From the human T2T-CHM13v2.0 reference genome, Homo sapiens, in the NCBI RefSeq assembly GCF_009914755.1, contig NC_060945.1: DNA of 64,000 nt, one strand, 5' to 3'. Below the pieces are notes generated by a model. The model made no database searches. It saw nothing but the letters and a program-made list of their open reading frames with translations, and was not told the origin of the DNA. Shown here one piece after another: positions 33,982 to 48,272 of the stretch (the stretch's first letter is position 1; each line of letters starts with the position of its first letter). A program made the position numbers and the translations under genes.

Positions 33982-34055
33982 TATTTATGAATCTGGTAAT
34001 TCAAGAAAATGTCCAGATAGCCCTTTATTTTACTCTTCCTAGGCATGTGTAAATA

Positions 34056-34780
34056 TATGACGGTGAGTGTTATGTGTGAGCTTGGCTAGGCTGTAATAAT
34101 ACCCAGTTATTTCATCAAACACGAATCTGGGTATTGCTGTGAAGGTGTTTTGTAGATATGGTTAACATCTACAATCCAGTCAATTGAGAACCTTATGAAA
34201 AAAAGTCTCAGTGCTATGGTCTGAATTATTGTATCTGCCCAAAATTTGTGTTGAAATTCTTACCCACAAGGTAATGGTATTAGGAGGTGGGGATTTGAGA
34301 GCCCTCATGAACGGTATTGTGCACTCTTAAAAGACACCTGAGAGAGACCCCTTGCCCCTTTGGCCATCTGAGGATAAAGCAAGAAGGCGCTGTCTATGAA
34401 CCAGGGAGTGGGTCCTCAACAGATACTGGATGTGCTGGTGCCTTATTCTTGGATTTTTCAGCCTCCAGTAGTGTGAGGAAGAAATTTCTATTGTTTACAA
34501 GCCACCCAGTTTATGGTATTTTTGCTGTGACAGCCCAAATAGACTAAGACACCCAGAGGAGAAATTGTGACTCAAGACCATAACATAAAAATAGAAATCA
34601 TTCTTGAGCTTCCAGCCTCTTGCTTTGCCCTACAGATTACAGACATGCCAGCTCGACAATTGTGTGGGCCAATTTCTTTAAGTCTCTGTCTCTCTCACTC
34701 TCTCTCTCTCTCTGTGTGTGTGTATGCGTGTGTGTGTGTGTCCATACACATATAAAATACCCTGTTGATTATTGGTTCTA
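34056..34780 (+). mobile_element. MLT2D-like ERVL LTR split by MLT1A
   Basis: 'cttggctaggctgtaataatacccagttatt...ttgctgtgaaggtgttttgtagat'; resumes at 34552 and ends with (TC)n(TG)n and 'ttggttct'. Confidence 0.72.
34212..34551 (+). mobile_element. MLT1A0-like solo LTR
   Basis: tgctatggtctgaat...gactaagaca; degenerate TSD ctcag/cccag. Confidence 0.87.
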
Positions 34781-35388
34781 GGTAACTTGAATCACTAGGG
34801 TAGTTTAAATCAAATCATAAAACACATGACCTTCCTTCTTATAACATTCTAGACTCTAAAATTTGTTGCCCCTGACTCTTAATATAAGCACATATTTATA
34901 TTATTTCAGATCTTGCATCTATTAGAAGGCATTTAACAACTCTAAATGAATATGTTTCCTTAATGACATAATTCATTTGCCCTAAATTATATGTGAAGTA
35001 GATTAGCTTGCAATAGTGGAATAAATTGCTCCTAGAATAAATTCTAGGAGCCATAAAACTACAAACTTCCAGTTGAATTTTGGTGGTATACTTACTTGCT
35101 CTCATTCTAGAGGCACACAGGTCAGTAGTTATACCTTACTTTAAATACCATCTTTCTTCAAGAGAAAATAATTCTCTGCAATAATTATAGCAAGTCAGTT
35201 AAGAGGAGCAGGATTCAATGCAATGCTATTATCTTCCAGAAAATATGCTTTTCATGAAAGTATTTCAAAATCAAAGATTGCTGTCAACAATTTAAATGCA
35301 TTAAATATTTTTATATTTTATAGATTCTTGAGGAGGAAATAAAACACAAACACTAACGTGAGAATGGATGAAAAGTTATGTAGTGTGT

Positions 35389-35770
<382 letters not shown>

Positions 35771-35953
35771 TTAAATGGCCTTTGCTTGTTTGCTTAAAAA
35801 TATCACATGTACCCTGTAAGTATGTACAAATATTATGTATTGCTAAAAATTTAAAAATACTTTCATAGATTCTAATAAAATAAAATTTCAAACAACTTAA
35901 AAGCACTCTTTCTGTGTTTTACAATAATTCAAGAATCCCTACTGTATGTAGAA

Positions 35954-36967
35954 CAGTGTTTCTCAACCGGGGTCATTTTTGACCTTCTGATGACATTTGG
36001 TAATGCCTGGAGACATTCTTTGTTGTCACAACTGGGAGTGAGAGGGTGGGTGGTACTGACATCTAGTGGGTGGAGGCCAGGGATAATGCTAAACATCTTA
36101 AAATACACAGGACATTTCCTTTGGATGTACACTCAGGAGTGAAAGTACTGGATCATATGGTAGGTCCACTTTTAGTTTTTTGAGAAACCGCTATACTTTT
36201 TTCCGTAATGGCTTTACTAATTTTTATTCCCACCCACAGTGTGTAAGGGTTTCCTTTCTCCACATCCTCAGCAACCCTTGTTATCTTATTATATCTTTTG
36301 GATAATAGCCATTCTAACTGAAGTGAGGTGATACCTCATTGTGGTTTGGATTTGCATTTATCTGATGATTAGTGATGCTGAGAATGTTTTCATATACCTG
36401 TTGTCCATTTGTATATCTTCTTTTTAATTTTTTTTGCTGTCTTTTTGCTGTTGACCTGTTTGAGTTCCTTATGTATTCTGAATATTAACCCCTCAAATAC
36501 CACGTTTTCACTCATATGTGAAATCTAAAGTCAATCTTATAAAAATAGTGAATAGAATGGGGTAAGGAGTAGGAATAGGGAGATGGGGAGTGGAGGGTCA
36601 ATGGGTACAAAGTTAACGATGAGAAAGGAGAAGTGCTGGCGTTCTGTTGCACAGTCTGGCAACTACAGTCAACAACAAGGTACGCACATCTCAAAATAGC
36701 TGTCATAGAGGATTTTGTATGTTCCCCAGAAAGAAATGATAAATGTCTGAGGTGATGGATATGCTAATTATCCTGATTTGATCATTAAACAACGTATACA
36801 CGTTTCAAAACATTACGTTGTGCCCCATAAATAGGTACAATAATTGTGTGTCAATTAAACTTTTTAAAAAATATATTTAAAAATGCATAGGACAGTTCGC
36901 CACTCCCTCCCCGAGAAAAAGAATTATTTTGCCCAAAATGTCAATGGGTTGAGGTTGAGAAACTCTG
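35954..36967 (+). mobile_element. MER20 hAT-Charlie element split by an L1 insertion
   Basis: cagtgtttctcaaccgggg...gaggccagggataatgctaaacatc (35954-36114) and ...gcccaaaatgtcaat..gaggttgagaaactctg (36880-36967). Confidence 0.88.
36115..36879 (+). mobile_element. 5'-inverted (twin-primed) truncated L1MA4/5-like insertion
   Basis: Antisense L1 36115-36495, then sense L1 3'UTR 36496-36879; 15-bp TSD aaaatacacaggaca / aaaatgcataggaca. Confidence 0.88.
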
Positions 36968-38015
36968 CTATAGAACAAAGCTAGGCATAAGGTATGTGTT
37001 TCCCATTGGCATGTGCCGTATTAAGGAGTGAGATAGAAATCTTTATTAAAGTAAGGCCAATATAAGCAGTTAGTAGACAGAAACCCAGTACAAACTCAGA
37101 GTAAATGGTGTTGTTCTCCTTAGGAGAAGAGCTAAGCAAACAAAGCCCATTTCAGCTCAGTTACCATGTGCTGACACAAATCCACAACAAGGGATAATAG
37201 CAAAGCAATTCGTTCCACTTGATTATAGTTCATTTTGCTCAACAGGAAAGTCAGATTTGATGTTCATGATCATCAGGCATAAATCCTACAAAATGTATTT
37301 AATAAGAATGCAATGTATTTTTAACTGCCTTCATTAATTTGATTGTCCCCCCTTTAAAACAATAAATAATGACTAAATCTAGGTCACGTTTTCTCTTTGG
37401 GCCTTGGCTCCTCAGTTTCAAAAGTGGAGAGTTCTACTCTGTGAGTCCTTTAGTTCATGAATCCTTGCTGATGCAGGATACATATTTTTTTCCTTGAAAG
37501 GGAAACAGAATTGATCAGCTGATAGGTGTGATCGTCATGAGCAAAACAAACTTCGCTTTAAGAAGTTATCAAATCTCTGTATCTAAAGAGAATTTTCGTC
37601 AAGAGTTTTCGAGATTCAGATGCCAAATCTTCCTGTTTCCATTCGCAACTCCATCAACTCTATCTTGCCACCTTGCTGCCCAGAGTTGAAAGCAGCCTGG
37701 TACTCAGGGCAGGGAAGGCAGAAGCACATGTAATTGTCACATGCGGTAGGAATCAATAATCGACAACATAATGACATTCAATGAACAATTTACACTGAAG
37801 GTAAATAAATTGTTGATTTCATGTTTCGCTTACACATAGTGCAAAGAGCTCTTCACCACGGCTCTGGTGATGAAGGCTTTGTATTTATTAATTTTGTTGA
37901 CCTTGGAGAAATAACTTTACTCCTCTATTGGAGTTTCCTATTGAGTAATGCTGGCAGACACCTAGACACTTCATAATTTTAAAAAATGCATACTTTCTAA
38001 TTAATGAAGGAATAG

Positions 38016-38858
38016 TGATACAGAAGCGGGCAGGGAAGTGTTGGGTAGAGGAGGTTGTGGTCCCTGACTAGGGCTCTACTCCCAGGCCTGTGCCCACGGA
38101 CCTAGGTGAAGGCAGACATTTCTGTTTTTGTGCCCAAATATTGCAATTCCCAAGACCACCCTGGCCTGCCATGCCCCCATCCTGTGCCTATAAAAACCCC
38201 GAGACTCTAGCGGGCACGCACACAAGCAGCTGGATGTTGAGAGGAACACATCAGTGGAAAAAGACACAAGTGGCTGGACTTCGGGAGGAATGCACCGGCC
38301 TAAGAGCACACCGACAGAAGCCAGCAGGCCAGCAGGCCATTGACCGGTGAATGCCGCAGAGTTTCGGGGAGGCAGAGGGAGGAGAGCCCTGGTGGCTGAG
38401 CGGCCCAACTCCAGGGGAAAACCACCTTACCACTCCATCTCCCTTCTGGCTCCCCCATCTGCTGAGAGCTTCTTCCACTCAACAAAACCTTGCACTCATT
38501 CTCCAAGCCCAGGTGTGATCTGATTCTTCTGGTACAGCAAAGCAAGAAATCCTGGGATACAGAAAAGCCCTCTGTCTTTGTGATAAGGCAGGAGTCTAAT
38601 TGATCTGATACGCACAAGCCACCTGCACATGCTAAACCAATAGAGCACACAGTAACACACAAACACACACACACACACACACTGGGGCCTCAGGAGCTGT
38701 AAACATTCACCTCTAGACGCTGCCATGGGGTCGGAGTCACCACAGCCTGCCTGTCTGTATGCCCTCTCCTGAAAGTTTGAGCAGTGAGGCACCGAAAACA
38801 CGAGCCACACCCCCATCACACACCCTGAGAGGGGGACAAAGGGACTTTTCCCATTTCA
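38016..38858 (+). mobile_element. LTR1-family (HUERS-P2, ERV1) solo LTR
   Basis: tgatacagaagcgggcagggaagtg...cccacggacctaggtga...cctataaaaaccccgagac...ttcccatttca; 4-bp TSD atag/acag. Confidence 0.82.
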
Positions 38859-39590
38859 ACAGTATCTTAAGAACTTGAGTGAATGTGTGAGCTTGATTTG
38901 ATGAAAGAAATTCGGCTTATAACAAAAAATGCCAGTAGCTACCATTTAAACAATCTTAGTGGCAGTTGGGTCCTTAAGAAAATTTATTTATTTATTTATT
39001 TTAAACAACCAGATCTCATGAGAGCTAAGAAAATTTAGATCATGAGCAACTTAAAGTTAGAATTTTCATGAACAAATTTTTCAAAATTTTAATCTGTCAT
39101 TTTCCAATCTAATAGCACATAAAAATCTAAAATTTGGAAAATTAACAGATTTTCCGAAACCTTTATTTTTCGTTAATGAGAGAACACCACAGGATAATTC
39201 TCTTTTTTTTCCTTTTCTATGTTTTTATTTTTAAACTTGTCCTTTTTCTTTGCTTGATAAAGTAATTTAAAATATTAGATATTCCTTAAAAGGTTGAATA
39301 GAAAAAGTTATATTACATAAAATCTTAAGTGCTTATATACATATATAAACACTTTACATAGAGTTAAGATTTTTCAGCGCTTTCTGTGTTATCATGTATT
39401 AACAATCAATACAAACTCTTGGTACACATGTCTGCTAAACATAGAATCTGGACAAGTCAACTAATTCATTCTTTTTTTGCTTGAGTTTTCTGGTCAAGAA
39501 TGACTTTATAATAGACTCAGGGAAAACTTTTTTTAAAAAGTAGAGAAAGACAAATTCTTTTTGGGAAATGCAGTATTAAAAAATTCACAG

Positions 39591-39948
<358 letters not shown>

Positions 39949-41561
39949 TTACACCAGTGATATGCTAGAAAGATTTCAGAAAGGCTCATCATAACTTTAT
40001 AAATAAATCTGTTCATACTACTTGTGTTTTTACATACTGTTGAGTCCCAAAAGTGGATTTTATTTGTGACGTATTTAATTCATGGCAAGTATATACATAT
40101 AATACAGCATTACATAAATATACTTGGAAACAACAAAAACTAAACTTGAAAATGATGCCATTCCTCCAGTTTTTGGAGAATGAGGCATGTCTTCCTCTTT
40201 TCTGTCTAGCAGTGGACAGTGGTATAGTCAGAACCAGGTTAAAACAGATGTGGTCAGGGACCAAAAGAGTGTGTGTGAGGGCCCTGTAAGCAGCTACACC
40301 ACGGGGGTTCATCATACAAAGTGGGTCTTTGTGTTACAGATCTCCAATGTCATGAAACAAACATTCTTTAAGTGAGAAGAACAATTATACATTGCTGATA
40401 AACACTTCCGTGAATGTATCAAATGATTTGCTAAGATATTAAAACTAGTAACTTTTCAGAGTAATTTGGTTTCCATCAAGAAGCCTTCTGTGCAAGGAGG
40501 AAATAGCCACTCTCAATGTCTTGGATCCAAGAAACTACTTATTTGTCACCATTTTCTCTTTTCTCCTGTTAAAGAACAAGGACTTTAAAATTAGACAGAC
40601 TCAGCTCCCAGCTATATGGTCTCAGAAAATTCACTTAATGTTTTGAGGTACCCTCATTTCAGTCTCAGCCAAGAGGGCTCCTACTGAAAACCCCTGTGGC
40701 CTTCCATCTGAGAACCTTCTCTTGGCCAGCAAACAAGACAGAGCATGAACAGACCTCAGCCATAGATAAGGTGGGCTCCTGGTATCTCAGACATGATCAT
40801 TTGAAGTGTACTGTACCAAATCTCTCGGGGGCCCCAGGTGGGACTGAACCCCAGTTTCCCACACCAATAAACTGCTGGACAACACCCTCTCTACTGACTT
40901 CTTTTCTTTCCCATGTCCGTTCCCCAATTTCCTAGGATACTTTCTGGGCCTGCCTCTGAAAGAAGTTCCTTACACTCAAATTCTTGTCTAGGATCTTGCT
41001 TCTCGGGGAGCCCAGCGTCAGAGGCTCCCATCAACCTCCCAGCTGGAGCTGGCCCCCAGAGGCAGAGCTATAACTCTGCCTCCAGCTGGGTGGTTCACAC
41101 CTAAACCCTCTGAGCACTTTGCAGAACTTAGTTTTTTTCAGGGCAAGTACTTAGCAGAGAGGAGAAGGTGGGAATATTGTTCATGCCTTGTTTGTGACTT
41201 ACCACAAGGCCAAGCCTTTCAGGGACATGTCACTCCCTCAAATGAAACCCACTTTTATTTGGCTTATTCAGGGAGAAGGGGGTGAAGGCTACTCAGAGGG
41301 CTCCATCCAAGCCTTAACTGACACAGGTGCTGCAATGAGAATATGAAACTGGATGCCTTCCCCTTTTCAGGTGTGTAGAAGACAAGGACATCTGCCAAAA
41401 GAGGATGGGGTGAGAGATGGCATGGTAGGTGAGGCCGGGGGGTGGGATTCAGGGAGATAATGAGAGCCCTCGAGGTAACTTCGGGCTGGCCAGGAACTTT
41501 GCTTATCAGATTTTTGCAGCAGTTTGAAGAGAACCATTAGGGCACTTCAACAGAGGCCTGA

Positions 41562-41690
41562 ATACATTAGTTAGCTTGATTGTGGCACTCAGTTCACAGT
41601 ATATACATATATCAAAACATTGTGTTATATAATTTAAATACAGAGCACTTTTATTTGTCAAAATCAATTAGTTAATTAAGAAAAAAAAAA
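41562..41690 (+). mobile_element. Very short 5'-truncated L1M 3' end
   Basis: 'tagcttgattgtggc...tatatacatatatcaaaacatt...tttatttgtcaa' plus A tail; TSD aacagag. Confidence 0.7.
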
Positions 41691-42071
41691 CAGAGCTCTG
41701 GATTTGATCCTGAGTCACTTTCTCAGTGGTACAAAATATGCTGGCAGGGGAGCTATTTCTAAGAATGATGCTCAGAGCTTTGGAGCCAGGAGGTCAAGGT
41801 GCTTCCCTGGCCTGTGTTCCTGAGCCCCTGCAAAGTTAGCAGCATTTGCACTGCCTGGTGTGGCTTAAAGTCCCTGCCCTGCTGTTCCATCCCTCTGATC
41901 TTTCCAAGCAGGTGGCTCTGGCCTCTGTGTCTCTTTAGGGCATTTGCTCTGTTAAGCTCCATTTTTCTCTGACCTTCCTATTCCTGATAGTGTCCCTATA
42001 TGGACATACAGGTGAAGCTCTCACTTCCTAAATGCTTCCAGCCACACTGCCTTCAGACAAAATCTACCCCA

Positions 42072-42586
42072 TGTATGGTAGATGCCAAAAATAGCCATAA
42101 TCCTCCATGTCTCCAAGTATCATAGCCTTTACAATGATCTTCACAACTCCTCCTATCAAGTCCCATAGTCTTCTTCTCCACTCTAGCCACATGGGGCATC
42201 TTTGTATTTCACATTGGCCCACAGAATGTGAAAGAAGTTGCTGTGTACCAGCACTGAGTCTAAGCTTCTGCACACTCTCTCTCTGAAACCTACTGAGCTA
42301 CCATGTGAGGTAGTCTAGGGTTGCCTGCTGGACAACAGGAAACAATGATCCAGTTCTCCTTATCTTCCTAACACATAGCTGGCAACCAACCCCAGGAGAA
42401 GAGCCACCTCTCTGACAGGCAGCTGCTCATAAACTCATGACTGAACCTAGCTGACAGCAGAAGAACCACCCAACTGAGCTCAGCCTAAATTGCCAGTTCA
42501 CACAATCATGAACTAGACAAATAGCCATTGTTCTAAGCCACTAAGTTTTGAAGTAGTTTGTTATACAGTAATAAATAACAGATACA
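42072..42586 (+). mobile_element. MLT1G/H-like MaLR solo LTR
   Basis: 'gaaccacccaactgagctcagcctaaattgcc', ends 'aagccactaagttttgaagtagtttgttatacag...agataca'. Confidence 0.8.
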
Positions 42587-43654
42587 CCCTGGAATAAATC
42601 CAGTATAATTATATTGCAGTGCCTGTTTCTGCTGTCATTGCTACTGGTGCAAAGGAAACATGAAGCTCACCCTTGCCTCTGGAGGAAGAACCGTGGGTGA
42701 AATCCTGAGACAGAAACCCTGTATGCGGCTCTCCTTTTATCTGAAGACCACCCGCCTCATAGCTGTGGAAACAGGAGCGGATGCTCTAATCATGCCACTA
42801 GTCATCTCCAGGAGTTCTGCCATGTAAGGTAACCTGGTCTGGCTGCCATCCATCATCTCTGTGTCTCAAAATATCACAGCTCCTTTTTAAACCTCAAAGC
42901 CAAAAAGCAAACCTTTCAACACTGGGGTGGTTCAGTGCCCAAAACCATAGTATTTCTACCATGTTCTGATGATGACTTCATAAATCATCATTGATTTAAT
43001 TTCACAAAGCTCTCCATGACATAAGCACAGCCATAGCCACAGTCCTGACCCATATTTAATGGTGAAATTCAAGAATCTACTATGTGTTGGGATTCTCCTC
43101 TTTCCTCCTCTGTGTGGCTCAAATAAGGCATAAGAGACACAAAGCGAGATTCATCATATTAACTTAAGGAATAAAGTGGCTTCCTCTGAGAACTTGGCCT
43201 CCAGTTCTCATAATATACTATATTATACTCCATTATAGTAATTACTGGCCTGTTATTTTGTTATACATTATTATACATAGAGTGTGTAGAAATGTTTTAT
43301 AAATAGAATAATGCATAGCCATTGCCCTGAATTTTCTAGAACAGCACTAATTTAAAATATTCCTTCCAGTAAATACTGGATATTGCTCTTCCTTGAGCCA
43401 AGAATTTCTTCTACTTCAATCGTCATGTCTGTGACATTTGCTAGCACCATAGTCTCATACTGTTGGTAAATTTTGTACAAGTGCATCTTGTCTTTCTAAC
43501 TAACTGGTCTATTCCTTAAGGTCACAAGCCTTGAGGGATGGCTTTATACGTCCCTACTCCTCCACTGCCAGGTACTCCATCTGTCCTTTGTTTTTGCTCA
43601 GTTGGCCTCAGTAACTCACCTGCTAAGTCATTGTCTCTGCTTTCAGAATCCTAG

Positions 43655-44057
<403 letters not shown>

Positions 44058-45741
44058 TAGGCTTTCCATTTTTAGCCCCTCCTCTTCCTCAAAGCATTCC
44101 ATGGCACTCCCCTCTGGGAAGTTTCTCCAGTAAGGCAGTGATCACTGTGCTCTCCAGTGCTAAGAGGCGCTGGCATGCATCTGCCATTGGTTTTACATGT
44201 TACTATTACAAAACAGGGTGCTGTTTCTTAGTGGCCGTTAAATAGTTTTACCTTTGCACAGGAATCATATTTGCACTATTAGCTTGTGTTTATTAGGAGC
44301 AACCTTAACTGCAAAGTCTTGGATCCTTACAATGTGTTTCAAAAGCACATGGACCTCCTTCATAGTTGGTATGGAGCAGATCAAAGGTCTGCATCCCATC
44401 CTCAGAGACTCACAGTCCCTTCTGCTTGTCAAAGGATATTGCACCATCATGTCCCTCATATCAGCACCTGCCTGGACCATAATATGATTGGATGAGAAAT
44501 GTTCAAGGTAAATTTTTAAGTATTTTTAGCTCTTTCCATATAAGAATGTTCCAGACGTGACTTTGAGTTTGGAAGAATGTACATAACCACCTTCAGAACC
44601 TCCTTTTCTTTTTAGATGAAATCTCTTTTATTATAAAATATCAGAGAATTAGCATAACTCTTGGCTATCTATCCCTCGGGTATCCCTCTTTCTTTCCTTT
44701 CTGCAAGAAAAGCAAAACTAAGAACCTTTATTTACTTAGAAAGTCAGTTACAGGAGGCAATAAAGTTTATGGGAACAGGCTTGTCGTTGCTTATTTCCCA
44801 TTGACCCCAGCAATACTTTGGAGAAACAATTTCTATGTCACAGATATATTGCTTTAACTCTAAGGGTGCTGTTTATTTCAAGAGATGCCTTAACATGATG
44901 AAATAATAAGAACTGAACACCTTATACAATTGCCCTGGGCTCACATCTCAGTTGCTCTCTGCTGTAGCTCCACACTGCCCCCAGAAGTGACTTGTCCAAA
45001 CCAAGTGCACCATTCCATGGTCATTGTACGACAGACACAAACTCAGTACAAAGAAACACCATTGACTCCTCCTGATTTGGTTTTCTTTTTAGAATAATTT
45101 TCTTACCCAGGAACTGAAACTCCATTTATTGTTTAAGTCACATACAGATTTGATAAGCTCTCTTTTCTCAATTTGACTTTTGTTGATAAACAAAACTACA
45201 GGTTAAAAAAAGTTTTTAAATATTCACAAAAAATAATTTTCAGCCCTTCAGTTGACTGGTTGTCTACAAGTTGTCTTTTGGGAGCTCTGATAACAGGTGG
45301 TGTCTTGAACTGAGTTTACACTGAAAGTAAATGCTCTATCCCATTCTGTGTCATGATAAGACAATTCTGAGCAATTGCATATCCACCCTATAGAAAGACT
45401 CAAGTGCTTGGCTAATTTAAAATGACAAATAACCTAAAATAAGTTCTATTTGACATTAAAATGCTCTAAGAAAATATTTTTTCTCATCTATAGAGACAGT
45501 TTTCCTCTCACTTGGAAATCCCAGGACACTTCAGAATCCACCTATGGAATACCAAACCACCCTTTCTCCACCCTAAACCCACATTTCCTCAGGCCCCTCC
45601 TAGAGCCACAGTTTCCACCACCCACCCCATCGCTCGATAAGGGAGTCACAACATCCTCCCTGTTTTCTTCACTCTGTCCACATCCGTGGTGTCCATCAAA
45701 GCTACATGCCTCTTTGCCATAACATCTCTCAGCCCTGCCTG

Positions 45742-45836
45742 TCCATCCATCCATCCATCCATCCATCCATCCATCCATTCAACCATCCATCCATCCATCC
45801 ATCCATCCATCCATCCATCCATCCAACCATCCATTC
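45742..45836. repeat. (CCAT)n tetranucleotide microsatellite
   Basis: Directly visible. Confidence 0.97.
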
Positions 45837-47727
45837 AGGCTTCCCTAGACTCCCCTCGACTGAACTATGTACAAGGAGTGCCCTGCTTCTGGTGTTGGTC
45901 AGCCTCGTTCCCACGACTATTTTCCACACCTCAGGCAGAATAAGAGTTTACACTGAAAACGTGATTGTCTCTCTCCAGCTACAATCTCCTTCTTGGCGTC
46001 TCGTCAACACCAGCAGAGCCAAAACCACCAAGGCTTGCAGGACATGGTGGTTTACAGTTCCTGCTGGCACCTGCAGCTTGCCTTTTGCCTGGAATCTGCC
46101 TCCCTCTCCCCAAGGCTGCTGCCGGTCTCAGGCGCATTATGCACCCTCTGGGATCAGGTTCCCTCTGCTGGGTACACCGTTCCAGCCACCACACCTGTCT
46201 CATTCTTCATTCACCCCTGTCTCCGTTTACCTGTCCTTTCTTATAGCCACATGCCCAAGCTCCTGCACGGTCCTTCTCCAGCACCCAGCACACCCCAGGG
46301 TCCCACAGTAGCCTTGGGTGTGTTTCCCCTCTGCACTGCAGACTGATGGGCAGGGACCACGTCAGTATTTCCACCACTGGGCCCAGCTCCCGGCTCAGAG
46401 AGGCAGCTGCTCAGTGAGCTTGCTCAGGGCAAGGGTGAAGGAAGAACAGAGCAGATTCCAACAGGAAATTCCAACCCAGAGCTCTCAGCTCAGCCTTAAG
46501 GAAGGAGGAGAGATGGGCAAAAAGGTTTGGTCCCCATTCCTGAGTGGTTGCATCACAGGTGGGTGGCATGCAGCACATTCCCTGCCATCAAAACACAAAT
46601 CTTGTCATGGAAAATGCAGGTCTTGCCCCCATTCCTTTCCTTCTTTTGCAGCAGAAATTCAATTAAACTGATAAATCAGCAACCAGTGATATTTGGCAGG
46701 TTCTGCATCCAGCATCCCACTCAATGCTCTGCACAGCTGTCTATTGTGGGTGTCACTTTGAAGATGAGGTGCTGGGCTTGGGGAGGACACACAGTGGGTC
46801 CAGCGACATGTGGGTGGCCTCAAGTAGGCAGAGCTGGGGTCTGACCACCTCCCAGATTCCAAAGCCTCATCATTTAAGGAGCTGCAATCTGTTCAAAGTA
46901 AATATTTTCAAAAGACTCAAGAGTTCTTACTTTTTGCTTTGATACACTCTTCTTTTATGCTCTCACGGCTGCTTAAAAGGTCATACAAATTAAATGGCTT
47001 TAAATCAATGTTATGATTTAATACTTTATATAAAAGAGGGTGCTTAAAATACTTTATACAAAGAAATTCCTTTAAAATTCAAACCACTGGGGAAAACAAA
47101 AAAAGAACAATGAATCTGAAATACTAATAAATATCAGATAAGACAGTTGCTGACGTCAAGTTAAAAAAATAAATAAAAGATCCATCTTTTTCCTCCTTGC
47201 AGATTGATTTCCCTGAACTATTTTGTGACAGAATCACTTCAAGTCTAGGTGTCTGAGATGCCTCACTGAATGAGCAGACAACATGAATGTTCTAGACACA
47301 TGGAAGGCAAGCAAAAAACAACACATAAATAAGCAAGCATGGGGTATGTGCAGCGGTAATGAAAGCTATAGGGAAACATAAAGGAAAGGTGGTCAGAAAT
47401 GTCTCATGCAGGTCATGATTTATATGTAGTGTTCAGACAGTTCTTGCCGAGGGCTTTAGCTCAGTGGTCCGGAACAAGAAAGCAAGCAGGGAAAGAAGAT
47501 CATGGGTGATGGGGGCATGCTGCTGATATAAGATGGCCAAGGGCATCCTGATGAGGGGACATAAGTACAGAGACTCAAAGGAAAGAGCAAGAGAGCCTGG
47601 GGTAACCTGGGGGAGAGAGAGCATGGGGTGACCTGGAGAAGAGAGAACTTGGGGTTAGAGAAACCTGCAAATGGAATGGCCCTGGGTAGGACTTTGGCGG
47701 GGGTGGTGCTTCAAAACAGCCACAAGG

Positions 47728-47730
<3 letters not shown>

Positions 47731-47773
<43 letters not shown>

Positions 47774-47801
47774 ACACGCACGCGCATGTGCGCATATGTG
47801 C
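47731..47801. repeat. (TG)21 plus CG/CA alternating tract
   Basis: 71 bp of uninterrupted purine-pyrimidine alternation. Confidence 0.96.
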
Positions 47802-48272
47802 TTTTGGGCATTTCACAGGGCCCCAGGGACCACCGTGACAGCCTCAGTGAGGGATGGCACAGTCATCCGAAGCCTGGACAGACGTGGGTTAAAATAAAGT
47901 CACTTAATTGAATTAACTTTACAAGTTCAATGGAAAAATGTTTCACTTGCAGTTAGTCAGCAAAAGCAGGGAATCTGAGTGAAAAGGGATTCTGTAGGTC
48001 CTAAGATTGTTTCAGGATACTGTAAAGAGAATAAACGCTACCTCATTGTCTTGGCTTAAAAATAATCAAAACTATCCTTACCTCCTGCCAATGTGTGTGA
48101 TGAATCCAGGCATGTGTGAATGCATGTAAGAATAATTTCCTTTTCATTGCTCTATATATGTACAAAATATTTTGCATATTCCAGGATATATGTGAAAATT
48201 GTTTCTTTCTCTGATTTCCTAATTCAAGATCTGATGCACAAAACCAACATATAAGCATTGTTAAAGGAAATG

